This document shows positions 8,121-17,429 of a stretch of 64,000 bases of DNA, in pieces. The notes beneath the pieces are model-generated. The model was not told the DNA's origin. It made no database searches and saw nothing but the letters and a program-made list of their open reading frames with translations. Source of the stretch: a virus; IMG/VR virus record IMGVR_UViG_3300046808_001301. One strand, written 5' to 3'. Made by a program: the position numbers and the translations under genes. The first letter of the stretch is position 1. Each line of letters begins with the position of its first letter.

Positions 8121-8158
8121 TAGTTGACAAGTCCTATAATATCCTGTAGAGTCTTTAC

Positions 8159-8398
8159 ATGACTGAAACGGATAAGCAAAGAGCATACGCTCTTTATAAA
8201 TTTGTTGGAGCTGATCCTATTGATGTAGCAGTGAAACTTGAAAAGGAACGGGACGAGCTTAAAGATATTATTCGTAGAGCTAGCGTTGCTTTTTGTGAGG
8301 ACGGAACTGATAGAGAAATCTGCGCTAAAATGTTTAGTATACTTGGAGAGGCGAGTAATCCAAAAAAAAGTAATGTCCTTAACAAGATGAATAAATAA
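8159..8398 (+). CDS. hypothetical protein (LEKERDE motif)
   Basis: ATG 6 nt after TTGACA-N17-TAGAGT promoter (8124-8152). Confidence 0.7.
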   Translation: MTETDKQRAYALYKFVGADPIDVAVKLEKERDELKDIIRRASVAFCEDGTDREICAKMFSILGEASNPKKSNVLNKMNK

Positions 8399-8408
8399 TT
8401 TACAAAAT

Positions 8409-8566
8409 TTGGTCAAGCGCATAGGCCTGCAAAGCCATATCCGCGACAGATGACAATGCAATGCTTCCGGAAGCAACATTTAATCTGTAGGGAACTTCTC
8501 CTGTTGTTACGCATGCGTCCATAAAATACTTGGAGGGCCAGCAACGGAATGAGAGGTCTTGACCAA
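8409..8566 (+). ncRNA. orphan multi-stem RNA (about 158 nt)
   Basis: Closing helix TTGGTCAAG/CTTGACCAA, internal ACAGAT/ATCTGT and TGCTT/AAGCA stems; GC-rich, intergenic, after TAAATA. Confidence 0.6.
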
Positions 8567-8612
8567 TCTCTTTGTACAGAAAAATCAGAGGCTATTGATA
8601 AATACTTTTACT

Positions 8613-9092
8613 ATGTCAAAAGACCAACAACTTCTTGAAGAAGCATATCAACAAATTTTAGAAGGCAAGTACTTAGATTCTTACGGAAGATATAAAGGCA
8701 AAACAAAGGGTAAGCCGCTTGGGGATTTTGACGATACAGCAAGAGAAGAACTCCGCAACGATGAACGGAACGCTGGGTTAGAAACAGATGTAGATATTCC
8801 CTCTGAACCAGAAAATTCTCCACTTCCTTCAACTGGTTCTTCTGAAACTCCAGCAGCTGCACCTACTATAGATTTTGATCTTTCTTCATTAGCTGATAAG
8901 AAAATAATTCCAGTAATGTGGGATTACCCTGATGTGGTTATTCAAATTGATGGCAAAACAGTAGGACCAATGGTTAGTCGCGATGAGGGAACGGAATTAG
9001 CAAACCAACTCAAAGCGGGAAACATTGAGCACGAACTCGTTCAAAAATTTTTGAGGGCAGCTAAACAAATGGGAGATTTAGACAAACTGTAG
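8613..9092 (+). CDS. DQQLLEEAY-leader protein
   Basis: Start at 8613, MSKDQQLLEEAYQQILE; TAAATA at 8599. Confidence 0.8.
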   Translation: MSKDQQLLEEAYQQILEGKYLDSYGRYKGKTKGKPLGDFDDTAREELRNDERNAGLETDVDIPSEPENSPLPSTGSSETPAAAPTIDFDLSSLADKKIIPVMWDYPDVVIQIDGKTVGPMVSRDEGTELANQLKAGNIEHELVQKFLRAAKQMGDLDKL

Positions 9093-9097
9093 TATAT

Positions 9098-10468
9098 ATG
9101 AATTCGCGAGATCAATTGTTATTGGAACAAGCTTATTGTTCGATTTATAAATCTACTAATTTTCAAAAGTTAGCAGAGAATGATTTGCGGACAATAGAAC
9201 AGTTAATTATCGAAGGGTTTTTTGATGATGTGGCAAACAAAGTAAACAGCATTTGGGGAAAGACAAAAGAAGCTGTTTCAGCTGTTGCTAGTAAACTATC
9301 ATCTAAGTTAGCTAGTACTTTAGCTACGACAATTTTTAATAAACTCGAAGAAGGAGAAAAAGAAAAGTTCCTACAGATTATTGCTTCAGGCAAGCTTCCT
9401 TCAGAAGGGAAAAATATTGCTAAACAAGCAGCTTCTTCAGGAGAGGGACAACAATCCGAATCATTTGAAGACAATAAATCTTTTTTAGCTCATTTGTTGT
9501 TTACAGAAGAGAATCTCAGATATGCGTTAGAAGGAAGTTTACTCACGGAAGGTAAAAATACAGGAGAGTTAAACAAGTTGGCTAAAGAAGTAGCACAAAA
9601 GATAAACGCTTTGTATCCAAAAAATAAAAAAGCAATGGCCAAAGCAATTCCCAAATTTGCTCAGAATGTTTCTAAAAAATTAGGCATACAGCCTCAGGAT
9701 GCCGCTCAACCTCAAACGAACCAACCAGAACAAACTCCTTCCGCGCCCAACGACAAACAAGAAGATAAACAACAAGAGGGAGATCTTGCATCAGCTTATG
9801 ACAAAGCAATGCAGAGATGGAATAACGACAAGCGAAACGAAACGGATCCTTATGGAACCAACAGCGACTCAGAGGACTCGGCCTCAAGCTCAGACAAACA
9901 AATTCAACCTGCTAACAATTCTTCCAACCAACAAGAACAACCTAATAAACAAGAAGGAGAAAAAAACGCTCCTGGGATATTCCAAAAGGTAATGGCTTTT
10001 GCAAAAGCTCATCCTAAGCTTTCAGCTGTAGCTGGAGCTGCTTTAGCTGGGCTTGTTGTTGCTGCTTTTGCTGGTTCTGCTCCCGTCGTCGGTCCAGCTA
10101 TATTTGCTGCAGCAAAAGTTGCTGGCATCACAGCAGTTGGAGATGTTATACAAAAGGCAGTTAGAGGGAAAGAACAAAACTGGAAAGAAACTGCAAAACG
10201 AGCAGCAACCGGTGGAGCAATTGCTGCAGGAGGAAGTATTTTATCAGCAGGTCTTGGAGCAATAGGAATTGATTTAAGTAATATTATTCCCAAAACAGTT
10301 CCTGACAATCAGATCGTAGATTCTAGCAAACACGGATTTGGATACAAAGAACAAGAATATACTAAGTGGCTTGGACACGAAGTTCCAGGAACAAGACACG
10401 TTACCAGCCAATATAATCCCGGAGCAGTTGATGCTGTTAACGCAGAATTTCGAGCTAAGGGAATGTAA
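9098..10468 (+). CDS. large leader-family protein with Ala/Gly-rich hydrophobic C-terminal region
   Basis: MNSRDQLLLEQAY; internal IIEG and LTEG sites; hydrophobic hairpins. Confidence 0.8.
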   Translation: MNSRDQLLLEQAYCSIYKSTNFQKLAENDLRTIEQLIIEGFFDDVANKVNSIWGKTKEAVSAVASKLSSKLASTLATTIFNKLEEGEKEKFLQIIASGKLPSEGKNIAKQAASSGEGQQSESFEDNKSFLAHLLFTEENLRYALEGSLLTEGKNTGELNKLAKEVAQKINALYPKNKKAMAKAIPKFAQNVSKKLGIQPQDAAQPQTNQPEQTPSAPNDKQEDKQQEGDLASAYDKAMQRWNNDKRNETDPYGTNSDSEDSASSSDKQIQPANNSSNQQEQPNKQEGEKNAPGIFQKVMAFAKAHPKLSAVAGAALAGLVVAAFAGSAPVVGPAIFAAAKVAGITAVGDVIQKAVRGKEQNWKETAKRAATGGAIAAGGSILSAGLGAIGIDLSNIIPKTVPDNQIVDSSKHGFGYKEQEYTKWLGHEVPGTRHVTSQYNPGAVDAVNAEFRAKGM

Positions 10469-10512
10469 ACAATTTTCGTTGACTATTCGTGCGAAGGCTG
10501 TATGATGTTTTC

Positions 10513-10827
10513 ATGGCATCAAAGTCTTATATTGTTAATTCAAATTCTACTTCAGTTAATGGCACCCACTTTCAAGGCAACGTGCGTACCACATACGACG
10601 AGCTCGTAAACATTCTAGGTCAGCCAAAAAAAGGTAGCGCGGACGAAAAAACAACGTGCGAATGGAGACTAGAGTTTGAAGACGGAGCAGTTGCTACAAT
10701 TTACGATTGGAAGATGGGAACTACTCCTAAGGATATTTACAATTGGCACGTGGGAGCAAAGGATCATACGGCATTAGACAATTTGCAGGAAGCGTTGAAT
10801 ATTCCAGTTGTAAAAGCAAAATACTAA
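10513..10827 (+). CDS. phage hypothetical protein (TYDELV..LG.P / ATIYDWK)
   Basis: ATG 6 nt after TTGACT-N16-TATGAT. Confidence 0.75.
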   Translation: MASKSYIVNSNSTSVNGTHFQGNVRTTYDELVNILGQPKKGSADEKTTCEWRLEFEDGAVATIYDWKMGTTPKDIYNWHVGAKDHTALDNLQEALNIPVVKAKY

Positions 10828-10828
10828 C

Positions 10829-11101
10829 ATGAAACAATACAATACAATTCACGAATTAGTTGCAGACGCGAAACGAAAAATTAATGATTTAAACAGCATC
10901 GTAGACATTCTTCTTTCGGGTTATAGAACAGCATCTGAAGTAATTGATGAACAAACTGATCACAGAAAACACTACGTGGATCAACTACGAGAATTAAATA
11001 ACGAACTGTCGGCGATCACTGATACACATCCAGCACTAAAGACAGAAAAGCTTGCTCAAGACGTGTTTGCTAATATGATTGATATAGCGTACAATAGGTA
11101 G
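10829..11101 (+). CDS. hypothetical protein
   Basis: ORF. Confidence 0.7.
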   Translation: MKQYNTIHELVADAKRKINDLNSIVDILLSGYRTASEVIDEQTDHRKHYVDQLRELNNELSAITDTHPALKTEKLAQDVFANMIDIAYNR

Positions 11102-11103
11102 AG

Positions 11104-11304
11104 ATGAACCCTTTAAAAGAATATTATTCAACGCATAACTGGTTTCCAAAACAAATGCCTTGTGTTATTATTAATGGAGAAGCGGTTCCTGTAGAAAATG
11201 TGGAGACTGTTAATATAGAGGAGGATGCGTCAGGCAGAGACCTATTAACATTCAACTGGAAAGGAGAACAACTACAATCTTTTGTTGTTCTCAAATACGT
11301 ATAA
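11104..11304 (+). CDS. hypothetical protein
   Basis: ORF. Confidence 0.7.
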   Translation: MNPLKEYYSTHNWFPKQMPCVIINGEAVPVENVETVNIEEDASGRDLLTFNWKGEQLQSFVVLKYV

Positions 11305-11525
11305 TAAATGAAGGGATATTGGGACCACAAAACAAAACCTTCTATGTTTGTTGTCATAAAAGATGGAGTGGAAGTTTATAGAGGACCTTTTGTCGAAGGA
11401 TACAAAATGATTTCAACAACAAGATGTTACAAAACAGAAGTAGCAAAGTATTTTAGCGAACCTGCTTGTTTGACTCCCAAAAAATAAAAGTTGTCTTGTC
11501 CGTTTGTCAAGCGGAATATGATTTT

Positions 11526-11888
11526 ATGTACAAATCCAATATAACCGTTTATCGCGCTCCATGGAATAATATCGTTCGTTTCGACGATCGAGAAAATTGG
11601 TACATAGCAAGAGAGCCTGGAATTTCTTATCGAAGCAAACTAAATGGAGAAGAAGCCGCAGAAGAAGCTTTTCATCTTACTAATGCTCCAGAAGATTGTT
11701 TAGAGGACGAACACAAAGAAATTCTTAAAGAACAACAATTTAAAGGACCTTCGCTTTCTGTAGGAGATGTAGTTAGAGTTGAATCTGTTGTAAAAGGATC
11801 TAAAATGCCTGAGTATTATCTTTGTAAATCTTTTGGTTGGGAAAAATATGAAGGAGATGTAATCCAACTTTTAAAGCATTTGTTATGA
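11526..11888 (+). CDS. YodL-like protein
   Basis: SLSVGDVV...YYLCKSFGW motif; ATG 6 nt after TTGTCT-TGTCC...GAATAT. Confidence 0.55.
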   Translation: MYKSNITVYRAPWNNIVRFDDRENWYIAREPGISYRSKLNGEEAAEEAFHLTNAPEDCLEDEHKEILKEQQFKGPSLSVGDVVRVESVVKGSKMPEYYLCKSFGWEKYEGDVIQLLKHLL

Positions 11889-12151
11889 ACACAAAATATA
11901 AATTTATAGAAACCACTGGGTGTACTGCATTTGATTTTACCGTAAATGGTAAATCCTTTTCTGACATCACTAATGAAGAACATGACGAGATATTAAATTA
12001 TCTTTTTTTAAAAATAAAAGAAGGAATAAACGAACAAACCATACTTCTCGAAAACGTAATCCACTTGTTTCAGTATGACGATTATGAGTATGACGACCAT
12101 ATTTGCGAGCAATGCGGAGACACGGTGACCACAACAACTTGGAACATATGA
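11885..12151 (+). CDS. hypothetical protein with C-terminal CxxC
   Basis: ORF, CEQCGD. Confidence 0.7.
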   Translation: MNTKYKFIETTGCTAFDFTVNGKSFSDITNEEHDEILNYLFLKIKEGINEQTILLENVIHLFQYDDYEYDDHICEQCGDTVTTTTWNI

Positions 12152-12453
12152 AAACACCAACACTTAAACAAAAAGTAGATCAATATGAGGCATTTTTGCA
12201 CAGAATTAATATGTGTTTAATTTCGTGTAACAACGAGGGCATTCAGGAGTTAGTTCAAAATGCTGATCGCTGGAGCTACGCCCACAGAGTTGGAAATGGA
12301 GAGCTTTCAGATAGAGGGCAGCAACAGTTAATCAATAACGCGTTTTGGAAACTTTTGGATACGCCGAAGGCTGACGAAGCAACCAAGCAAAGACAAAAAG
12401 ATTGGATAGAAAAAGCAAAACAGTTAGAAGAGGCTTTTGTAAACAATGATTGA
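12148..12453 (+). CDS. hypothetical protein
   Basis: ATGA-coupled start MKTPTLKQ. Confidence 0.7.
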   Translation: MKTPTLKQKVDQYEAFLHRINMCLISCNNEGIQELVQNADRWSYAHRVGNGELSDRGQQQLINNAFWKLLDTPKADEATKQRQKDWIEKAKQLEEAFVNND

Positions 12454-12721
12454 GGAAATTACTAAGCTAACAGCAGAATGGTATCATTTGATTGGTTCAG
12501 ACCATCACAAAGACAGAGACTGTCATTGGTACATTAATACTAAATGGTCATATGGCAGAGCTCCTGTTTATGTAGTAGAACATTACGGCTATATTTTGGA
12601 TCACTTTGATGGTCAGTGTGATACATATGAAGAAGCTCTACGTATTCTTAAACTTAAACTAGAGGACGCTATAGCGGAAGAAAAGCAGTATCAAGAACAG
12701 TCCAAAGAAGAGCCATTTTAA
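12446..12721 (+). CDS. hypothetical protein (DHHKDRDCHW motif)
   Basis: ORF. Confidence 0.7.
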   Translation: MIEEITKLTAEWYHLIGSDHHKDRDCHWYINTKWSYGRAPVYVVEHYGYILDHFDGQCDTYEEALRILKLKLEDAIAEEKQYQEQSKEEPF

Positions 12722-12735
12722 CCACACAACTAATT

Positions 12736-12933
12736 ATGTACAATAAACATCCGATTCAAGTAAAAGCGACCAGACCGGTCGTGACAGCAATCGTTGACGA
12801 ACCACCACAAAAACCAACTTTTAATATCGTTGACGTTTCTGTTGAGAGACGAGAAACTGATCCTCCTTCATGGAAGATGTTTCTAGTTGATGAAAACGGG
12901 CAACGTTACCCATACGACTTATACTTTTCCTAA
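12736..12933 (+). CDS. hypothetical protein
   Basis: ORF. Confidence 0.65.
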   Translation: MYNKHPIQVKATRPVVTAIVDEPPQKPTFNIVDVSVERRETDPPSWKMFLVDENGQRYPYDLYFS

Positions 12934-13334
12934 TGAAAGCTGAAACAATAAGATATTTTAAAAAAGCAGAAAAGATTCAAGAAACTCTTCGAGAGTTTAA
13001 TTTTCATCATTTCGAGTATATGTGGTATACTGACGGAAGATATTCTGGATGTTGGAAGGATTTGTCCGTATCTATGGACGAACCAGATTACGATCATTGG
13101 TGTTACTGGCAGTTTTGCTTTAGAAGCAGTTGGTCAACTAATAGAAGAGTGCATTTAGAAGCAATTGTTCCTGTTGGTGAAGATTATTTTACTTTTGATT
13201 TGAAATACATGCAAGACATTGAACTTCATGACAGAAAAGGATATCATGGACCGGTTGCTGTTTCTTCTATTCAAGATATTTTAGAAGAAGATTTGCCCAA
13301 CATGCAAAAATTTATAGACTATTTAGTGAAGTGA
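12933..13334 (+). CDS. hypothetical protein
   Basis: ORF. Confidence 0.7.
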   Translation: MKAETIRYFKKAEKIQETLREFNFHHFEYMWYTDGRYSGCWKDLSVSMDEPDYDHWCYWQFCFRSSWSTNRRVHLEAIVPVGEDYFTFDLKYMQDIELHDRKGYHGPVAVSSIQDILEEDLPNMQKFIDYLVK

Positions 13335-13552
13335 GAGCAGACTATAAGAATACAAAAAGAGGAGATAAAATTATCTTCAAGAAAGCTGGGGAATGGCATT
13401 ACTTTAAAGATAGAATAGAGAACGCCAAGAAACTAGAAGTAGGAAAAACTTATACAGTAAAAGAAATTTCTGTTGCTTCTTCTTCAACCGGTGTTACACT
13501 AAAAGAAACTAATGAGTTGGTATACGAACTTGGTTGGTTTGATAAATTATGA
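13331..13552 (+). CDS. hypothetical protein
   Basis: ORF. Confidence 0.7.
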   Translation: MRADYKNTKRGDKIIFKKAGEWHYFKDRIENAKKLEVGKTYTVKEISVASSSTGVTLKETNELVYELGWFDKL

Positions 13553-13884
13553 AAGAGTACATACCAGATAAATGGGTAGTTGTAAAAATTGAAGGAAAGA
13601 ACGTTCCTTTGACTTACAAAGTTTTTGGTTGTTGGTTTGGTGGTTATCTTGGCTCTAATTCTTGGAAGATGAATAGTGGTATTAAAGCAGTAACAGAAGG
13701 AGAAGATAATTGGTTGTTCGAAGGTTATTCTGGTTCTGTTTACAAATGTTATAAAGGAATATATGGTATGCATATGTATGGTAATGGTGTTCTAAATGAC
13801 ATCATCAACAAATCCGAAGAAGTAGAAGTTAAGGTAGAAATTATGCCACAAGATACGAATTGGCTTGACTTGTCCTACGAATAA
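13549..13884 (+). CDS. phage hypothetical protein (WFGGYLGSNSWKMNSGI)
   Basis: ORF with a motif I recognise from other phages. Confidence 0.75.
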   Translation: MKEYIPDKWVVVKIEGKNVPLTYKVFGCWFGGYLGSNSWKMNSGIKAVTEGEDNWLFEGYSGSVYKCYKGIYGMHMYGNGVLNDIINKSEEVEVKVEIMPQDTNWLDLSYE

Positions 13885-13899
13885 TGTAATATCGATTTC

Positions 13900-14109
13900 A
13901 TGACGGATTTAAAAAATTTATTAAATTCCAATAGTATTAGTGAAGGTGAAGTTTTGAATATTTTGCCACACGATCTTCATAATGAGTGGGATAATTTTAT
14001 GAGAGGTAAAACTTGCCCGCTTCTTGACAACGGAGATCATGGAGTATATTCTTGGGATTTAAAACAGTTTATCAGCATTGTAGAAAAGTATGACAGACGA
14101 ACAAATTAA
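13900..14109 (+). CDS. hypothetical protein
   Basis: ATG 7 nt after TTGACT-TGTCC...TAATAT. Confidence 0.7.
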   Translation: MTDLKNLLNSNSISEGEVLNILPHDLHNEWDNFMRGKTCPLLDNGDHGVYSWDLKQFISIVEKYDRRTN

Positions 14110-14356
14110 CGAAGCTATTGGACAAGAGATTGGATGGCACTATGCAGATGGTTGGCATCATGAAGATGGTAAAGAAGGTTTGCCAGATTTTTGTAATAAT
14201 CACGAAGCAATGTTAAAAGCAGAGAACTGGCTTATGAAAATTGATGAATTGTCTTGGGATGAATATTATTGTAGTTTTGAAAAGAGTTTGTGTTGTTCTA
14301 CTGAACGTCAACGTGCTGAGAACTTTTTAAAAGTTATTGGAAAATGGAAAGAATAA
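14090..14356 (+). CDS. phage ABA-sandwich-like protein
   Basis: TDEQINEAI..GW...LPDFCN pattern. Confidence 0.5.
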   Translation: MTDEQINEAIGQEIGWHYADGWHHEDGKEGLPDFCNNHEAMLKAENWLMKIDELSWDEYYCSFEKSLCCSTERQRAENFLKVIGKWKE

Positions 14357-14359
14357 ATT

Positions 14360-14545
14360 ATGAAAGAAAAAATTGATCCGCTCATTATAGCTATAGTGTT
14401 ACCTGCTTTTGTGACGTTAGGGCTTTGTTATATGTCTACATTAGAAAGAAAAGACAAAAACAAAAGAGCAGAACTTATTAAAGAAGCTATTGAAAAGAAC
14501 TGGACACCAGAACAAATTAAAGTTATTATAGAAGCAAGAGAATGA
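14360..14545 (+). CDS. small membrane-anchored protein
   Basis: N-terminal TM segment. Confidence 0.65.
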   Translation: MKEKIDPLIIAIVLPAFVTLGLCYMSTLERKDKNKRAELIKEAIEKNWTPEQIKVIIEARE

Positions 14546-14886
14546 ACAACAGACAACTTAAATTCCGAGTTTGGGATTCCACAGTACATGATTACAGTTA
14601 CTTTGATCTCCAAAACATTACATTACCAGACCGATTGCTGACTCAACATCATTACCCCGTTCAACAATATACAGGAAAAAAAGACTCCTATGGTAAGGAT
14701 TTGTATGAGGGAGACATTATAAAATATTTGGAAGAAGAAGATTATAAAACGTCATTTATTCAATTTGATCCTGATACTTGTTCCTACTCAGCTGTCGTGA
14801 ATGCTCTTTTAGAAGAAGAAAAGATTATTTATAAAAAATTATGTGATGTTGGATCTTTTGAAATAATTGGAAACTGTGTAAATTAA
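14542..14886 (+). CDS. YopX family protein
   Basis: KFRVWD...QQYTG..D..GK.LYEGDII...EIIGN. Confidence 0.85.
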   Translation: MNNRQLKFRVWDSTVHDYSYFDLQNITLPDRLLTQHHYPVQQYTGKKDSYGKDLYEGDIIKYLEEEDYKTSFIQFDPDTCSYSAVVNALLEEEKIIYKKLCDVGSFEIIGNCVN

Positions 14887-14887
14887 T

Positions 14888-15331
14888 ATGCAAAGACAAA
14901 TTAAATTCCGAGTTTGGGATAAATTAGAAAAACGATTCATCTATCCAGATAAAGGATATCAGGGGCATTATGTTCTGAGTCTTGATGGAAAATTTCATAA
15001 TCTCCAGAATGGTTCTGGTGGAGATGAATGTGTTGTTCAGCAATTTACTGGAGAATATGATAAGAACAAAAAGGAGATTTACGAAGGCGATATTATTAGA
15101 TCATATTCAGCAGAATTTATAAATGAAAACTATGATGGAGAAGTAGTTTTCGTAGATGCTGCCTTCAATGTAAAAATTGATGACAAAACGTATGCTGGTT
15201 TGTGGAGTGGAGATGATATTGAAGTGCTTGGACATAAATTTGAACTTCCTTGTAATCCAGATCATAATGGAGAATGTTTGGTTTGTGATGCTTGGTTGAG
15301 TGATTGTCCATTTTTAAAATTTAAAGAATAA
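14888..15331 (+). CDS. YopX family protein with C-terminal Cys cluster
   Basis: KFRVWD...QQFTG..DKNKKEIYEGDII; tail CNPDHNGECLVCDAWLSDC. Confidence 0.85.
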   Translation: MQRQIKFRVWDKLEKRFIYPDKGYQGHYVLSLDGKFHNLQNGSGGDECVVQQFTGEYDKNKKEIYEGDIIRSYSAEFINENYDGEVVFVDAAFNVKIDDKTYAGLWSGDDIEVLGHKFELPCNPDHNGECLVCDAWLSDCPFLKFKE

Positions 15332-15332
15332 T

Positions 15333-15605
15333 ATGATTAGCGACACACCCAAACCAGTTTTAAAAGAACTAGAAATTAGTATTTTAGAAACATCTACGAA
15401 TTTTACGAAGCAACAATTAAATGATTTGGAAAGAAAACTCAAACAAAGCGATATGTTTATTACATACGAAATCGAAAGATTGCAAAAAGAGTTTATAGAA
15501 TTTAAAAAATGCGTAAAGAATTTTAAACGACATTTAGTAGAGGCAATTGTGCTAATGACTGTATCTATTGTTTTTATATATGCTCTTTTTTTCTTTTATA
15601 GGTAA
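15333..15605 (+). CDS. hypothetical protein with C-terminal TM
   Basis: ORF. Confidence 0.65.
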   Translation: MISDTPKPVLKELEISILETSTNFTKQQLNDLERKLKQSDMFITYEIERLQKEFIEFKKCVKNFKRHLVEAIVLMTVSIVFIYALFFFYR

Positions 15606-15610
15606 AATAA

Positions 15611-15982
15611 ATGAATAAAAATAAATTTAGATTTTGGAATCCTCAAGCTAAAACATTTGTACAGAATTACAAATATAATGGATTAGTGGATGAATTATTT
15701 GATCCAGATCCTCTTCTTGTGCCTCAGCAGTTTCTTGGAATTTTAGACTCAAACATGAAAGAAGTCTATGAAGGGGATGTTGTAAAATTTGTATATTCTT
15801 CTAATGAATCTAAATTGGGAGTAATTGAATTTATAGACAGCCACTGTGCTTATGTTATTCAATATGATAATAGCTTTGTGCCTATTATGAACATTGCTAT
15901 TGACTCTTTAGAAATTGTTGGTAATATTATGAAGGATTATATTTGGAACGAAAAAGGAGAACTTGTTAAATATGAATGCTGA
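15611..15982 (+). CDS. YopX family protein
   Basis: KFRFWN...QQFLG..D...KEVYEGDVV...EIVGNI. Confidence 0.85.
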   Translation: MNKNKFRFWNPQAKTFVQNYKYNGLVDELFDPDPLLVPQQFLGILDSNMKEVYEGDVVKFVYSSNESKLGVIEFIDSHCAYVIQYDNSFVPIMNIAIDSLEIVGNIMKDYIWNEKGELVKYEC

Positions 15983-16451
15983 TAATCTAACCAAAAAAGA
16001 AGTAATCGACGAATACAATAAACTAGAAAAACTATTTGTTCAAACGGTGAGCAAACTCACAGAAACTGGTATTAAACTATGTGACGTATCTATAGAGGAA
16101 CGTAAACTGCGAATAGAAATTGAGGAATTAAAAGAAAAATTAAACGAAAACAAAAACAACACTATGAAATATAAAAACTTCGAAACGTTAATAACTAAAA
16201 TGCAAAGCCTTCAACAACGAAGCCTTGCGATGTGCGAATTGGGACTAGATACAGTAAATTACGAAGACGATTTCTATCAAGTCATTGAACTACTTATAGA
16301 CGAAGCTTTTTCAGACTATAATAGAGAGTGGATTGATTGGTTTCTTTACGAACGAGTTACTCCTGGCGGGGAAATTCTTAAAGCTCATGATCAACATGGA
16401 AAAGAAATTTGTTACGATATTAAATCGCTTTGGGAGGAAATAACAAATTAA
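15972..16451 (+). CDS. hypothetical protein
   Basis: ORF; WIDWFLYE motif. Confidence 0.7.
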   Translation: MNADNLTKKEVIDEYNKLEKLFVQTVSKLTETGIKLCDVSIEERKLRIEIEELKEKLNENKNNTMKYKNFETLITKMQSLQQRSLAMCELGLDTVNYEDDFYQVIELLIDEAFSDYNREWIDWFLYERVTPGGEILKAHDQHGKEICYDIKSLWEEITN

Positions 16452-16454
16452 TTT

Positions 16455-16781
16455 ATGGAAAACAATGAAGGAAAATTAGACATACCGTTCCACGACGAAA
16501 TTTGTGAATTTACAAATTTTGATTATCACAGTGTTATATCGATCATTGGTCTAATGGATGGTATCTCCGTTCTTGAAAGCAATAAACTAGAACAACCAGC
16601 CCTTCCATCTGACATTTTGTATAATGATAAAGAACCGGTTGATTTAAATTTGCAAGGGTTGTATTACGACGAAGGAATCACGGTTTCAGATTATCAAGTA
16701 GAAGATTTCGGAGAAGCTGTTACGTTGTTGAGTACCATTACTATGGATGAAGCTATTTTCGGAACAGGCGATACTGTTTGA
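16455..16781 (+). CDS. acidic hypothetical protein
   Basis: ORF. Confidence 0.7.
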   Translation: MENNEGKLDIPFHDEICEFTNFDYHSVISIIGLMDGISVLESNKLEQPALPSDILYNDKEPVDLNLQGLYYDEGITVSDYQVEDFGEAVTLLSTITMDEAIFGTGDTV

Positions 16782-16782
16782 T

Positions 16783-16854
16783 GCACTGGAAGCTAATCGG
16801 TTAGGCAAGGGTCTGCAAAACCCTTTATGGTCGGTTCGACTCCGACCCAGTGCT
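16783..16854 (+). tRNA. tRNA-Cys(GCA)
   Basis: Cloverleaf, AGGGT-CTGCAAA-ACCCT, TTCGA T-loop. Confidence 0.9.
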
Positions 16855-17429
16855 CACTTCCATTGTAACACTCTCGTAGAAGAATTCCGCTCAATTGTAT
16901 CAATTAAAGTTTGAGTTTTTTGTTTAAAAACGTCATCATATAGACCATGAAACTCTACCCACATGGTGACTATATTTTTAGGCCAGCCTCGAGTTATCAT
17001 ATCTTGTAGTAGTTCGTACTCGGCCCATTCTACGTCCATTTTAATATATAGATTTGAGCTAGGATCGAATGCTGTTATAAAATCCCACAAATCAATAGCT
17101 TCAACTGTAGTGCTCGAATGATAATCGTTATAAAAGGTATCCCCTTTAGTTTCCTCTAACAAACTCCCCTGAGAACAACCTTTGTTGCCAAACATTTTAA
17201 ATGTCAATTGTCCAGGCTTTGTCCAAACAGCTTTTTTAAAAAACGTTATATCTAGTTTTTTGTCTTTTAAAATATCGTTATTGTTAAAACTTTGTTCTGT
17301 ATCAATTAACGGATTTGGTTCAAACGAATAAATTTTCCACGTGTCATCAATTGGTAAAATTTGAGATACAAATTCCGTCAACCCTTCGCAGCGATGTGCT
17401 CCTAGGTCTAAAAAAACATTTTTTTCCAT
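16854..17429 (-). CDS. FkbM family methyltransferase
   Basis: FLDLGAH, YSFEPNP, KAVW, YIKMDVEWAEY. Confidence 0.85.
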   Translation of the reverse strand: MEKNVFLDLGAHRCEGLTEFVSQILPIDDTWKIYSFEPNPLIDTEQSFNNNDILKDKKLDITFFKKAVWTKPGQLTFKMFGNKGCSQGSLLEETKGDTFYNDYHSSTTVEAIDLWDFITAFDPSSNLYIKMDVEWAEYELLQDMITRGWPKNIVTMWVEFHGLYDDVFKQKTQTLIDTIERNSSTRVLQWK

